DNA from: Amphiscolops sp. MND2022
Lineage: Eukaryota
Direction: 5' to 3'
DNA: 64,000 nt
Assembly (NCBI GenBank): GCA_964187785.1
Contig: OZ076409.1
Location: 75,952,001 to 76,016,000 of the forward strand
Numbering within the stretch: the stretch's first letter is position 1; each line of letters opens with the position of its first letter. Under the pieces are notes generated by a model. That model saw only the letters and a list, made by a program, of their open reading frames with translations. It was not told the origin of the DNA and ran no database searches. Position numbers and translations under genes: made by a program. This document shows positions 34,060 through 47,461 of the stretch, piece by piece.

Positions 34060-35810
34060 GTGCACCTGGCACAGGAAAAAGCCATGTTTGTGGAATAGCA
34101 CTTGCTCACGCTCTCTCAAATGGACTAGTGGCCTTTGTTACAAGCTTGGCATCCCGAAGATCTGTTCAAGTTGGTGGAGAACATCTACATCGGTTGTTCG
34201 CAATACCCGTGATTAATTTACCAGCAACTGAGCTTGCACAAAAAGCCCTATCCCGACTTGACAATGACATGAAAAGACGCTACTTTTTAGAAAAACTGCA
34301 ATTGCTGGTGATTGAGGAAGTTAGCCTCATACATGCAGAACTGTGGGCTACAATAGACCTAATTTTGCAGATGGTGAAAGAAAATGATCTTCCATTTGGC
34401 GGCGTTCTAATTATAGCAAATGGCGATTGCTGCCAATTGCCTAGTGTGACAGGAACAGACATATTCCAATCAAGCAGACTTTTGTTCAATTTTAATTTCC
34501 ACTTTTTACTTGAACTCGTTAGAATGAGAGATGAGAAAGGACAGGAAGTGCTGCGTCTGTTAGAACAAAGACCTGTGCCAAATGCGGCTATTGAAAGAAT
34601 ATGTTTACTACTCTCAGAGAGTTGTAACTTCCATAGCTCGTGGAACAACATGGAACTAGATAATATAATGAAAGTTTTTGGAAAACGATCCGCAGAACGT
34701 AAAGCTCTTGATGACCATAGCACGAGAATACGACAATCCGGACAACCTTTTTTCATTTCAAATGCTAATGATGAAATGTGTCTTAACAAATCTCAAATGT
34801 GGCGTCCAGCTGACACGAGTGCAACAAAAAACCTAAATAAAACGTCGAGAGAACCAGAAAATCTGCTGTTATACCCAAAAGCTGTTTTGAGATTAACAAG
34901 AAACATGGAAAGTTCTTCTCAGGGAGATTTGTTTATACTCGATTTTGATAACAGCAATGATGATTTACTGACTCTTTATAAAGCTCCAAATCCGCACTCA
35001 ATTACAAAAGACTGTCTTGACAACGACTTGTTCAGTGTTTGGTCTACAGTCAATGTCCATAAAACAGCAGGTTTCGTGTTTTCAACAACTGATGGATCGC
35101 TGCGAAGAAAACAGTTTCCTTTTTGTAACTATATCGCATTAACTGTCCACAAATTAATGGGTGACACGTTTCACTGCCTTGCCACGTCTATTTCAGCTCA
35201 TGAATCAATGTATTCTCTGTGGTTAACATCGCAAATTTACGTTATTATAAGCAGAGTCCGGACCTTGGCATCGCTTCATTTTGTTGGCAACAAAGATCAG
35301 ACATTGGATGCTATTAAAAACGTGTTGGGTACGACGCATCTTCATGAAGAGTCGGTATACACCTTCATAAATTACCTAAAGCAGCAACAAAAGAGTAGAG
35401 TAAGAATAACGAATGTACCTTGCACTATGTATTTACGACATCACTTCGAAATACCTTCCACAGAAAATGGTTTCGTTTTCCTCTTAGTCAGTTTGGCAGA
35501 TCGAACGTTTTCCACATTCCACATCGACGAATCAGAAGGTAGTTTATCTGACAAACTGCGACAATGTAATTCTACACATGATTCTTCGATGTTAGCCAAA
35601 CAGCCTTGGGCCATGGGATTCTTCATTTGGCACTTCCCTTCAAGAACAGTCCGGACACAATGTCTCTTGGATATCCGCCGTGTTGTCTATGCTTCCGTCT
35701 GTAACTTTGAATTTGTTTGTGATGCAGTAAAAGTGTTTATTGCGTCAAAATATGTAAATTTGTCAATGTGTGTAACTGGACAAATCATTAATGATGTTAA
35801 TGAAATATGA
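34060..35810 (+). CDS. Element 2 Rep-helicase exon 3: Pif1-like helicase and degenerate GIY-YIG-like tail (spliced product ~2597 aa)
   Basis: Removing intron 33977-34059 (GTAAGT..TAACAG) rebuilds Walker A IG|APGTGKS. Also VIEEVSL, GDCCQLP, FPFCNYIALTVHKLMGDT, YVIISRV and GFVFLLVS...QPWAMGF. Confidence 0.9.
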
Positions 35811-37703
35811 AAATGTATTAAAAGAAGAAAATGAATTGAAGAAACTGACAAAAAATACGAGTCAGTGAGTAAATGATAAATTAAAATTAATTTGGCAATT
35901 CTTGTTTCGTTTGTTCTCTTCTAGTTCACAAATGATATGACAAGAAGTGAAGTGTTCAATCTTTAAGGTCGTTTTAGATCTTAAGCTCGTCAGTATTGTG
36001 TTTAATGAAAGAAGTTTTTCACAAGAAACGATAGATTTGAAATTTTACAGGATTCGCATTTTTTATCAAAGAATTTCAATGTTTACAACAATTCTGAAGA
36101 AAGTTTCACAGTACTTAGAAGAGTTTGAATCATTACTAGCAGAAATGGAATAATTTTCAAAACCTCTTCACGACATTTAGAATGTTTTCAACTCTTTATC
36201 TTTGTTACATCATTTATGAAATTTTTCACCAATTTTTTATCTTGTAAGTAACTATTTTTATTATTTATAACAATTACACTATTTAGACACGTATTGGTAC
36301 AGTACATCAACTTTTAACATAGTGGCCAAAAACTGCTTTATGGCACAAGCCAAAATTTTCCGAGTAAAAGGGAGAACAAATTGTTCAAGTTTTCTAATAT
36401 TTAATTTTAAAAATACACTTTTTATCTTTTTAATGAATACTCTTGATTCATTTTATCAATTTGTTTGCAAAAGTTATAGTTGACCTAAAAAATTTAAGGA
36501 GGTAAAATTTGCATTTTTGAGTTAATTGTTGATTATGTGAAAGTAATAGTTGTTAAAAATGTAGGAAATCCAAATTGGTACGAATTTTACGATTCTAATT
36601 CTGATTCCCTATTAGCATTTTTTGATATGATGAGAGTTTTTCATGTTAAGTCAGCAAATTTAGTCTACTGATTTATATTGTCGTAAATATTTCACAATAT
36701 CTCAGTTCAAAAAAATTTTTATTTGATTTATCAACAAATCACAGAGTTGACGGTGGGACCAAAAGTCTATCTTCAAAACAGAACAATAGGAACTATAATT
36801 AGAATATTTTTTGTTTGGTTTTTCGTTCAAGACTTTTCAGAGTGATAAAAACTTTATTCGGACATTAAATTAGTTATATGTTTATTATTCTTATAAGCTA
36901 ATAAAAGCAATCACGAACTTTGGATGTTATGTCATGAAATTTTGAAAGTCCAATTACCAAATTAAAAAATACTCAAAAGTAATGCGTGATTACAGAAACA
37001 GCAAACTGAGATATTGTGGAGCATTTTCTTCGAAGAAGAAAATGCGATTTGTTGAAATTTTTGATTACTATTTTGGAATTTTACGTGTAAAATGTTAGAG
37101 ACAATGAAACTTATCATGCGAGAAAAAAAAGAAAAGTTTCTCTAGTGTCAAAAAATTCAAACACCACAGCAAGAAGATTCAGAAAGTTGTCACGTCCAGA
37201 CGCAAGTTCAATTTTTTGTTAAGTTAACTTCTAAGGTACAGAAAACAACTGAAATAAAATTCAAGAATTTTTCTGCAAATTTTTACATGTTTGATTGAAA
37301 AACAATTTTATTGAAAAACATCTTGATTAAGATAATGGCGGTATATTGTGTAATTTCGAAATGATGCAGTGATTTGAAAATCAAAAATTTTGAAAGGATT
37401 TTAAAACATTTCGTAGGGAGCCGAACGAGCTTTCATCTTTTATCATATAACATACTCATACACGACGTCATCATATTTTTTTCACCTAAAAAAATCATGT
37501 CCGGAAGTAATTGTCATTAGTTTTCAAATAATATTGTGATGGTTTAAATTTTCATAGCTTGCTTAACTTACGAATAAACATTATATTCACAAATCATCCT
37601 TTGTACTTTTTTCAGTGGATTTTGTTCACGAAAAGACGTCTAAACTTGTTGTACAACCGACTTCTACATCCCCTATCAAATAAATACTACTCTCGCGAAA
37701 AGA

Positions 37704-38767
37704 ATGAATTCTGGATTCTTCAAAAGTTCAGAACCACTTGACAGATGTGTGGGAAGACTAGACCGATTCGAAGCAATTACTTTTGGTCAACTCATTTCAG
37801 ACGCACCGAAGCCAGTGAGATACAGAATCAAAGCAACATATCTATATGCCAGTAAGTCCCAAAAGAAATACAGAACCTTTCAGCCTGCACGAGGATCGTT
37901 GACTCAAGTTAATAAAGAAATATCGACATTCGATCGTTTCGTTGTTTATGGCGTTCCAGGTACACCACATGTCCTCATAAGTTTCTTCAAAACACCAGCA
38001 TCGACCAAACACGCATTGAGATTCAGCAATTACATGTCCCCTGGGACTGATGTTTACTTAATAATGCCACGTATAGCATCATATCTTGGACCTCAGAATC
38101 CGGAAATCATAACAAACGACCCAGTGATTCCAGTTGCAACCTCTCAAGTCTCTACAATCAACGTTATGCCGCCTGCAGATGTGGAAGCACCAAACTACAC
38201 CTGCTTCGACTTCGTTACTAAATCGTTAAATGTCTTTGCTGCAACACCACAGGATAATGTGTGCACAGGATCATTCTGCGATGCGCAGACAAATAACGCA
38301 TCCTGTCCTTGCACTTCGAGTGATCCCCACAAGCATTGGGCACTGGGAATAACATTTACTTGTGCAGAGTTTGACGACATTGCCAGAAGCCACATTGTGC
38401 TGACATCCTTGAAAACATCTAGCGTATTCATCTCGGCTGATAAATTACAATGGCCTCTAACGAACGATGCAATAGATGCTTTCGATCTAGACGACTCTGT
38501 TAGTTTTTATAAATGGTCATCTGATTTTATGAAATAAAAATCAAATATAACAGTGATATATGTTTGCAGGTCCGTAATTTAACAGCTCTTGTCAACGAAT
38601 CTCAAGGTTTTCGACTAAAAGGGTGGTTTAAACCAGCTGTAATCGAAACTGGAGTTACACAGGAGTTGTTCTCGATACATGTCTCTTATTTGGGTCCAAA
38701 CGGATCTCTGACAGATACACAAAAAGATTCAGTCTACAAAGACGGTAATTATGAATTTGTTTTATAA
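37704..38767 (+). CDS. Partner gene of element 2, uncharacterised Cys-rich protein; exons 37704-38498 and 38570-38767
   Basis: TFDRFVVYG, CTGSFCDAQ..CPC and GWFKP match the element 1 partner. Phase-0 intron 38499-38569 (GTTAGT..TTGCAG) restores collinearity. Last exon end is uncertain. Confidence 0.8.
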
Positions 38768-39814
38768 TTCAAGAATAAAAAATTTTAATCATAATTACAA
38801 CAAGATATGTCACACACTTATCAACGATTTGTTTAGGAAAAAAACCTGATTGTATGGAATGTATGGAAGAGCCTCCATCGAAGAAGATACGAAAAGAAGT
38901 TAATGTAGTTGATGTGGATTAAAGGAAAGACTAATAAACATAGATTGAGTTATCATCATGTTGTTGAACAGATATGATTCACAACAGTAATTCTCTTAAA
39001 TTTGCCAGTCGTTAAAAACATGATCTTGAAATATGTGTAGAATATATGAATAATCACTAATCAAAAATCAATTGTTCAATATGCTTGATTTGTATTTTTA
39101 ATCTCTCAAACTTTAACCAATTTATCCAATGATAAATTTGGAGTTGTATATTGGTGAGAATATGTTTGTCTGCACATTATATCATAACAGACAATTAAAA
39201 TTAAATTATTATATCTTTTCCAAAAAGCATTTGGATGAAAAAGTTTAGAATAAAAATCAAAAAATAAAGAATCCAAGCATTTAAATAACATTTTCAGAAT
39301 TAGAATTAGAGTGTCTTTGGAGTTACTAATTTTAAAATGATTTTTGTTGATATAATAAAGTTGTCAATTTTGCCATATTTGACAATGAAATTAAGATCTA
39401 CTTAATATGTGAAAACTGTAAAATACGGAAAATTAAAAATTTGGTTTTTAAGTACAAAAATATTATGTTTGAAATTGAATTAGCAAGGGTTGAAAATTAT
39501 ATTTTTTAAATAAACAAATTTTGAAAAAACAAAATTGAGATTGAAAACAAGCAGTTTTGTTAGCAGTATAAAATACCACATAAAAAGGTGTAAAATTAAA
39601 AACAAAAGTATACCGACAGTCAAAAAGGTATTTAACAATGATGTTTTGTTGGTAGTGGTTTGTAAAAATGTTCAATTGTCTCAATTAGAAATTCACAAAA
39701 AATCATGAAATAGATATAGCAATAGTTCCAACGCCCACCGTCCGTAGGCATGCCGAGGCATGCCTTTCGACGACGTATGCTAATAACACAATGCCACGTT
39801 GTCATTCGCGCTAG

Positions 39815-41082
39815 GTGGCCGTGTCTTTTCGACGTGCTTTTGCATTGAGGAGTGGGTAGGGCCCCGCGACGACCTAGAAGAATTGGATGCTCACCGAAAC
39901 GTGCAGAATTCTACGAGATCTCATAGTTTGAGCCATACGATTTTTCTGAAATTTGGCATGTGGCCTGGAATTGGTGAGTAGGTAAAACGTGTAGGAGGTG
40001 ATTTTTCCCAAATTCCACTGTGAGACGAGATATGGGCAAATAACGGTCCCAAAAATGGCAAAAATGCACTTTTTTCAAGTTTGTCAGCCCATATCTCGTT
40101 CCCAGGTGCCCGGAGCGGGACGCGTTAAGCTGATTATAAACTCTAGGGTGTTGAGGCTGTACGGGGAAGTCAGGCCCGTTCCGATCGGACTTGTAGTCTT
40201 GGAGAAATAACGGTATTTTTGGGGAACCTTTTCTAACGGTCCAGCTTATCTTTGCCATTTTTTCGAAAATGTACTCGCCTAAAGGCCTTCCCCTGGCCAA
40301 ATTTACTCCCAGCAAAACCATTTGGCCCTAAATACGGAGTTTCAGCGTTCCAGCATTCCCGGGCGAAAAGTTGTGGGACTTGGAAAATTTTCAAAAATTT
40401 TCAAAAATTTTTTTTTCGTTTTCCGGGCCCCCAATGAAGGGGAAACGACCCCCAACCAGTATTTTGAGTGAATTCATGTGGAAAGCCCTTGTTTTGACGA
40501 GAAAAATACCGTTTAGAACATCTTTTTATCTTGACTCAACGTTGACTTATGACGTTTTGAATGTGATGTAAGGATGTAGGAGGCATGTGATAAGTTGATG
40601 TTTTGAGTCTTTATCTCATATGAAAGCGGTTGAGATGCAAGCTGTCCTGCTCAAAACGTCTTTCGTTGTAGTTTTCCAGTGCACCAATACCCTTTGGTGT
40701 CATATAAACATACTTTTCGTCGATATATTAACAATTTTAATGTATTTATTCCCATTTTTATTATCTTATAACTCAAAACAGTTGAGTACATTTCATCTCC
40801 CTTTCGGGGGAGATGAGAATGTACTCGCTAAAGACCTAGCGCCATGACCAAAAGTTTGAAACCCACGTTTTTTTATCTTCTTACAGACTTGTTTTTGTAT
40901 TTTTTCGGAATTTTTTAAAAATTAATATACTTGAAATACATTACTTGACTTTACTACTACAATCCACCTCCAACGTCAACGCCCCCCTGCTTGCATCAAC
41001 GCCCACCGTCCGTGGGCATGCCGAGGCATGCCCTTCGACGACGTATGCCAAATGCCCAGTGCCACGCAGTCATTATCGCTAG
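39815..41082 (+). mobile_element. Non-autonomous unit 13, family B, 1268 bp
   Basis: Near-identical to unit 2. Confidence 0.8.
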
Positions 41083-42363
41083 GTGGCCGTGTCTTTTCGA
41101 CGTGCTTTTGCATCGAGGAGTGGGTAGGGCCCCGCGACGACCTAGAAGAATTGGATGCTCACCGAAACGTGCAGAATTCTACGAGATCTCATAGTTTGAG
41201 CCATACGATTTTTCTGAAATTTGGCATGTGGCCTGGAATTGGTGAGTAGGTAAAACGTGTAGAAGGTAATTTTTCCCAAATTCCACTGTGAGAGGAGATA
41301 TGGGCAAATAACGGACCCAAAAATGGCAAAAGTGCACATTTTTCAACTTTGTCAGCCAATATCTCTTTTCCAGGTGCCCGTAGCGTTCCGCACGTGGACA
41401 TCAATATTGCTCAGCGCTGTTGGAGGAGTGCGTGGACAAATTTTGGTTGAAATCGGACTTAAACTTGACGAGAAATTAACGGTTTTTTGGGCGTTTCCGG
41501 GGTAAATTTTTTAACGGTCCAGCTTATCTTTGCCATTTTTTCGAAAATGTACATGCCTAAAGGCCTCCCCCTGGCCGAATTTACTCCCAGCAAACCCATT
41601 TGGCCCTAAATACGGAGTTTCAGCGTTCCAGCATTCCGGGGCGGAAAGTTGTGGGACTTGGAAAAATTTCAAATTTTTTTCAAAATTTTTTTTCCCGTTT
41701 TCCGGGCCCCCAATGAAGGGGAACGACCCCCCAACCAGTATTTTGAGTGAATTCATGTGGAACGCCCATATTTGGAGGAGAAAAATGCCGTTTAGAACAT
41801 CTTTTTATCTTAACTTGACATTGACTTATGACGTTTTGAATGTGATGTTAGGATATATGAAGCATGTTAAAAGTTGAAGTTTTGAGTCTTTATCTCATCG
41901 GAAAACCATTGAGATACAAGCAGTTTTGCTAAAAACGATTTTCATTGTAGGTTAGCAGAGTATTAGTACACTTTGATGTCATTTGAGTATTTTTTTCTTC
42001 TATATAATAACTGTTTTTATGTATTTATTCCAATTTATCTCATCTTTTAACATCAAGCAGTTGAGTACATTTCATCTCCCTTTCGGGGGAGATGAGAATG
42101 TACTCGCTAAAAAACTAATGCTTTGGCGCCAATGTTTGGATGGGAAGTTTTCTATGCTTTGAAAAAAGTTATTTTTAATTACTTGATTTTTTAAAACAAT
42201 AATTAACATGAAGTACATTACTTGCTCCTACTACTACCACCATACATCTCTAACGTCAACGCCCCCTGCTTGCATCAACGCCCCATCGTCCGTGGGCATG
42301 CCGAGGCATGCCCTTCGACGACGTATGCCAAATGCCCAGTGCCACGCAGTCTTTCCCCGCTAG
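41083..42363 (+). mobile_element. Non-autonomous unit 14 (B head, mosaic), 1281 bp
   Basis: 5' ~740 bp matches the head of autonomous element 2. Confidence 0.8.
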
Positions 42364-43633
42364 GTGGCCGTGTCTTTTCGACGTGCTTTTGCATTGAGGA
42401 GTGGGTAGGGCCCCGCGACGACCTAGAAGAATTGGATGCTCACCGAAACGTGCAGAATTCTACGAGATCTCATAGTTTGAGCCATACGATTTTTCTGAAA
42501 TTTGGCATGTGGCCTGGAATTGGTGAGTAGGTAAAACGTGTAGAAGGTAATTTTTCCCAAATTCCACTGTGAGAGGAGATATGGGCAAATAACGGTCCCA
42601 AAAATGGCAAAAATGCACTTTTTTCAACTTTGTCAGCCCATATCTCGTTCCCAGGTGCTCGGAGCGGGACGCGTTAAGCTGATTATAAACTCTAGGGTGT
42701 TGAGGCTGTACGGGGAAGTCAGGCCCGTTCCGATCGGACTTGTAGTCTTGGAGAAATAACGGTATTTTTGGGGAACCTTTTCTAACGGTCCAGCTTATCT
42801 TTGCCATTTTTTCGAAAATGTACTCGCCTAAAGGCCTCCCCCTGGCCGAATTTACTCCCAGCAAAACCATTTGGCCCTAAATACGGAGTTTTAGCGTTCC
42901 AGCATTGCCGGGCGAAAAGTTGTGGGACTTGGAAAATTTTCAAAAATTTTCAAAAAATTTTTTTTCGTTTTCCGGGCCCCCAATGAAGGGGAAACGACCC
43001 CCCAACCCTTATTTTGAGTGAATGCATGTGGAAAGGTCATGGTTAGAGGAGAAAAATACCGTTTAGATTGTCTTTCTATTTTAACTTGACATTGACTTAT
43101 GACGTTTTGAATGTGATGTTAGGATGTGTGAGGCATGTGAAAAGTTGATGTTTTGAGTCTTTATCTCATATGAAAGCAATTGAGATGCACGCTGTCCTGC
43201 TCAAAACGTCTTTCGTTGTAGTTTTCCAGTGCACCAGAACCCTTTGGTGTCATTTGAACATACTTTTCTTCGGTTTATTAACATTTATAATGTGTTTATT
43301 CCAATTTTTATTATCTTATAGCTCAAAACAGTTGAGTACATTTCATCTCCCTTTCGGGGGAGATGAGAATGTACTCGCTAAAGACCTAGCGCCATGACCA
43401 AACTTTGAAGCGCACGTTTTGTATCTTCTTACAGACTTGTTTTTGTATTTTTTCGGATTTTTCAAAAAAATAATAATATACTTGAAATACATTACTTGAC
43501 TTTACTACTACATTCCACCTCCAACGTCAACGCCCCCCTGCTTGCATCAACGCCCACCGTCCGTGGGCATGCCGAGGCATGCCCTTCGACGACGTATGCC
43601 AAATGCCCAGTGCCACGCAGTCATTATCGCTAG
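42364..43633 (+). mobile_element. Non-autonomous unit 15, family B variant, 1270 bp
   Basis: Near-identical to unit 49632-50903. Confidence 0.8.
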
Positions 43634-44902
43634 GTGGCCGGGAACTTTTTTTCCTGCATTTTTCTGTCCAATTGGGGGAGGGGCCCCAAGTGGCTGTTAT
43701 CCGGTTTTACTACCTACCCTAAACACGCTCAAAAAATGACGATCTCGAAAACCACCCCTTAGATTTTCCTGAAATTTTGCATACAGGCCTAGAATCAAAT
43801 CCTAAGAACTATTTCCTACTGGCGTTTTTCCGAATTTTTTCAAAAAGTTGGTCAAAAATGCAACAAAAGTTGCCAATGGACATAAAAAACGCAACTTTTG
43901 GACTTTGAAGGCTAATATCTTTTTCCAGAGTGCCCGGAGCGGTTCGCACGTGGACCACAATATTGCTGAGCATTGTCGGGGGAGTGCGTGGAAAAATTTT
44001 GGTTTGAATCGGATGAAAATTGATTGAGAAATAAACGCAAATTTTCGTGCATTTGTTGCAAATACCAGTCTATCTCTGCCATTTTCGCCCAAAATTTTTC
44101 CCAGAGCCTTTACAGGAGGCAACCCCTGCCCAAATTTCTGCCGAGCAAACCCATTTGACCCTAAATACGAGGTTTCAGCGTTCTAGCATTTCCGGGCAAA
44201 AAGTTGTGGGACTTTGAAAAATTTCAAAAAATTGCAAAAATTGTAAAAAGTAAATTCTGGCGTCCCAAAGTCAAGAAACTTTCACACAACTAGTATTGCA
44301 AGTGAATGCATGTGGAAAGTACTTGGATAGACGAGAAAAATGAGCTATAGAACGACTCTCTAGATTAACCTGACGTTGACTTATGACAATTTGAGTGTGA
44401 GCATCCTATAGGATTTCAATGTCAAAAATGAGATTTTGTAAGTCATGTCTAATCAAAAACTCATCGGAACACGTTCAATCAGCCCCATAGCTGTTCAATC
44501 ACTGTGGCTTAGTATAGCAACGCCATTTACTATCTTTAGGCCCATTTTGAAAATTTTCGTTACCGTCTTATTCGTCCGATATCACGAAACAGTTGAGTAC
44601 ATTCCATCTCCCCCTTGGAGGGAGATGAGAATGTACTCGCCAAAGACCTGATACAATGGCCCATATTGGATTATCTTTGACCTTTCTCACGATATTGCAC
44701 ACGGATAGCTGTGTTTGGTAAAAGTTTTCCTTTGCACCATGTCTCCAGAAGCTGAACCACTTCTTTAGCTTACTACTACTCAAACATCACTAACGTCAAC
44801 GCCACATACTCGCATCAACGCCCACCGTCCGTGGGCATGCCGAGGCATGCCCTTCGACGACGTATGCCAAATAGCGCCACAGGGCGCAAACTTGTCCGCT
44901 AG
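43634..44902 (+). mobile_element. Non-autonomous unit 16, family E, 1269 bp
   Basis: Bounded by junctions. 3' half is related to units 21 and 22; tail is shared with unit 10. Confidence 0.78.
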
Positions 44903-46171
44903 GTGGCCGTGTCTTTTCGACGTGCTTTTGCATTGAGGAGTGGGTAGGGCCCCGCGACGACCTAGAAGAATTGGATGCTCACCGAAACGTGCAGAATTCT
45001 ACGAGATCTCATAGTTTGAGCCATACGATTTTGCTGAAATTTGGCATGTGGCCTGGAATTGGTGAGTAGGTAAAACGTGTAGGAGGTGATTTTTCCCAAA
45101 TTCCACTGTGAGACGAGATATGGGCAAATAACGGTCCCAAAAATGGCAAAAATGCACTTTTTTCAACTTTGTCAGCCCATATCTCGTTCCCAGGTGCCCG
45201 GAGCGGGACGCGTTAAGCTGATTATAAACTCTAGGGTGTTGAGGCTGTACGGGGAAGTCAGGCCCGTTCCGATCGGACTTGTAGTCTTGGAGAAATAACG
45301 GTATTTTTGGGGAACCTTTTCTAACGGTCCAGCTTATCTTTGCCATTTTTTCGAAAATGTACTCGCCTAAAGGCCTCCCCCTGGCCGAATTTACTCCCAG
45401 CAAAACCATTTGGCCCTAAATACGGAGTTTCAGCGTTCCAGCATTCCCGGGTGAAAAGTTGTGGGACTTGGAAAATTTTCAAAAATTTTCAAAAATTTTT
45501 TTTTTCGTTTTCCGGGTCCCCAATGAAGGGGAAACGACCCCCCAACCAGTATTTTGAGCGAATTCATGTGGAAAGCCCTTGTTTTGACGAGAAAAATACC
45601 GTTTAGAACATCTTTTTATCTTGACTCAACGTTGACTTATGACGTTTTGAATGTGATGTAAGGATGTAGGAGGCATGTGATAAGTTGATGTTTTGAGTCT
45701 TTATCTCATATGAAAGCGGTTGAGATGCAAGCTGTCCTGCTCAAAACGTCTTTCGTTGTAATTTTCCAGTGCACCAATACCCTTTGGTGTCATATAAACA
45801 TACTTTTTGTCGATATATTAACAATTTTAATGTATTTATTCCAATTTTTATTATCTTATAACTCAAAACAGTTGAGTACATTTCATCTCCCTTTTGGGGG
45901 AGATGAGAATGTACTCGCTAAAGACCTAGCGCCATGACCAAAAGTTTGAAACCCACGTTTTTTATCTTCTTACAGACTTGTTTTTGTATTTTTTCGGAAT
46001 TTTATAAAAATTAATATACTTGAAATACATTACTTGACTTTACTACTACAACCCACCTCCAACGACAACGCCCCCCTGCTTGCATCAACGCCCACCGTCC
46101 GTGGGCATGCCGAGGCATGCCCTTCGACGACGTATGCCAAATGCCCAGTGCCACGCAGTCATTATCGCTAG
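44903..46171 (+). mobile_element. Non-autonomous unit 17, family B, 1269 bp
   Basis: Near-identical to unit 2. Confidence 0.8.
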
Positions 46172-47461
46172 GTGCCGGGATTTCTATTCGTTCGAGTATG
46201 TGGCGCGTGTGGGTAGGGCCCCTGGCGCGCTCTTGTGTTTGGGGGTTTCCTACTTCTAAATCACGTTCAGATTTCCGGGATCTCGTAAACTATCCATACG
46301 ATTTGGCTGAAATTTGGCACACGTACCCCCCTCGGCACGGTGAAGATGATTTCCTACTGACGTTTTTCCCGCTAAACATTTTTTGTTGACCAAAATAACG
46401 GTTTTTGGTGGAAAATTTTTGATTTTTTTTAAATTTTATCTTATATCTCGCCACGGGTCCACGCTAGCGCTTCCAAACCCTGCTGACGAAACCTCGCAAA
46501 CTGTCTCAGGAATGCTGTGTGAAATTTTCAGGTCAATCGGACTTAAACTCGGGGAGATATAGCGTTTTTCCGGAGCGGGGGGGTTTCATTTTTCTAACGG
46601 TCCAGCTTATCTTTGCCATTTTTTCGAAAATGCACTCGCCTAAAGGCCTCCCCTGGCCGGTTTTACTCCCAAAAAAACCATTTGGCCCTAAATACGGAGT
46701 TTCAGCGTTCTAGCATTCCGGGGCGAAAAGTTGTGGTACTTAGTAAATTTCAAAAATTTTCAAAAATTTTTTTTTCGTTATTTGGGCCCCCAAAGTGGGG
46801 GAAAAGACCCCCCAACCAGTAATTTGAGTGAATTCATGTGGAAAGGCCATGTTTAGCGGCGAAAAATGCTTTTTAGATCGTCTTTTTATTTTAACCTGTT
46901 GTTGACTTATGTTGTTTTGAAGGTGATGTTTGGATGTGTGAAGCATGTGAAAAGGTAATTTTTTGTGTCTTTATCTCTTCTAAAAGCCATTGAGATGCAA
47001 TCTGTTTTGCTCAAAACGTAATTCAATGCAATTTGGCAGTCAATGAACACAATTTGGTGTCTTTTGTTATATTTTTCTGTTGATATAATAAAAAATTTTG
47101 TGTCTTTATTAATTTTTTTTAAATAAAATAACTTGAAACAGTTGAGTACATTCCATCCCCCCCTTCCGGGGGAGATGGAAATGTACTCGCTAAAAGCCGC
47201 GAACAAGAGCCCATACCTTCCTGCGCTACGCAGTATAAAGATTGCATGTTGGTTCCGACTTTTTGGTAGTGTTATATCTTGGTAATTTGACTGAATATGG
47301 AGAAAAATCAGCAAGTGCTCTTTTATAGCAAATTGCTGACAACGACAATTTTTTTATATCAACGCCCCCATATTTATCAACGCCCCCCGTCCGTGGGCAT
47401 GCCGAGGTATGCCCTTCGACGACGTATACCAAGATATACTCCCGAGCGCGGTAGCCGCTAG
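46172..47461 (+). mobile_element. Non-autonomous unit 18, family A, 1290 bp
   Basis: Similar to unit 1. Terminal hairpin carries a G-T variant (GGTATGCCC). Confidence 0.8.

Larger units (their letters stand above)
25099..39814 (+). mobile_element. Putatively autonomous Helitron-like element 2 (14,716 bp)
   Basis: Same termini as the short units. First ~740 bp is nearly identical to unit 41083-42363. Contains a spliced OTU-Rep-helicase gene and a partner gene. Confidence 0.88.

Noticed and set aside
27705..35810. Element 2 as three separate genes or a broken pseudogene
   Set aside because: Canonical GT-AG introns join the ORFs in frame and rebuild Walker A.
35811..37600. Hidden gene in the spacer between Rep-helicase and partner gene
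   Set aside because: Very AT-rich, only a 68-aa non-ATG ORF, and no counterpart in element 1.
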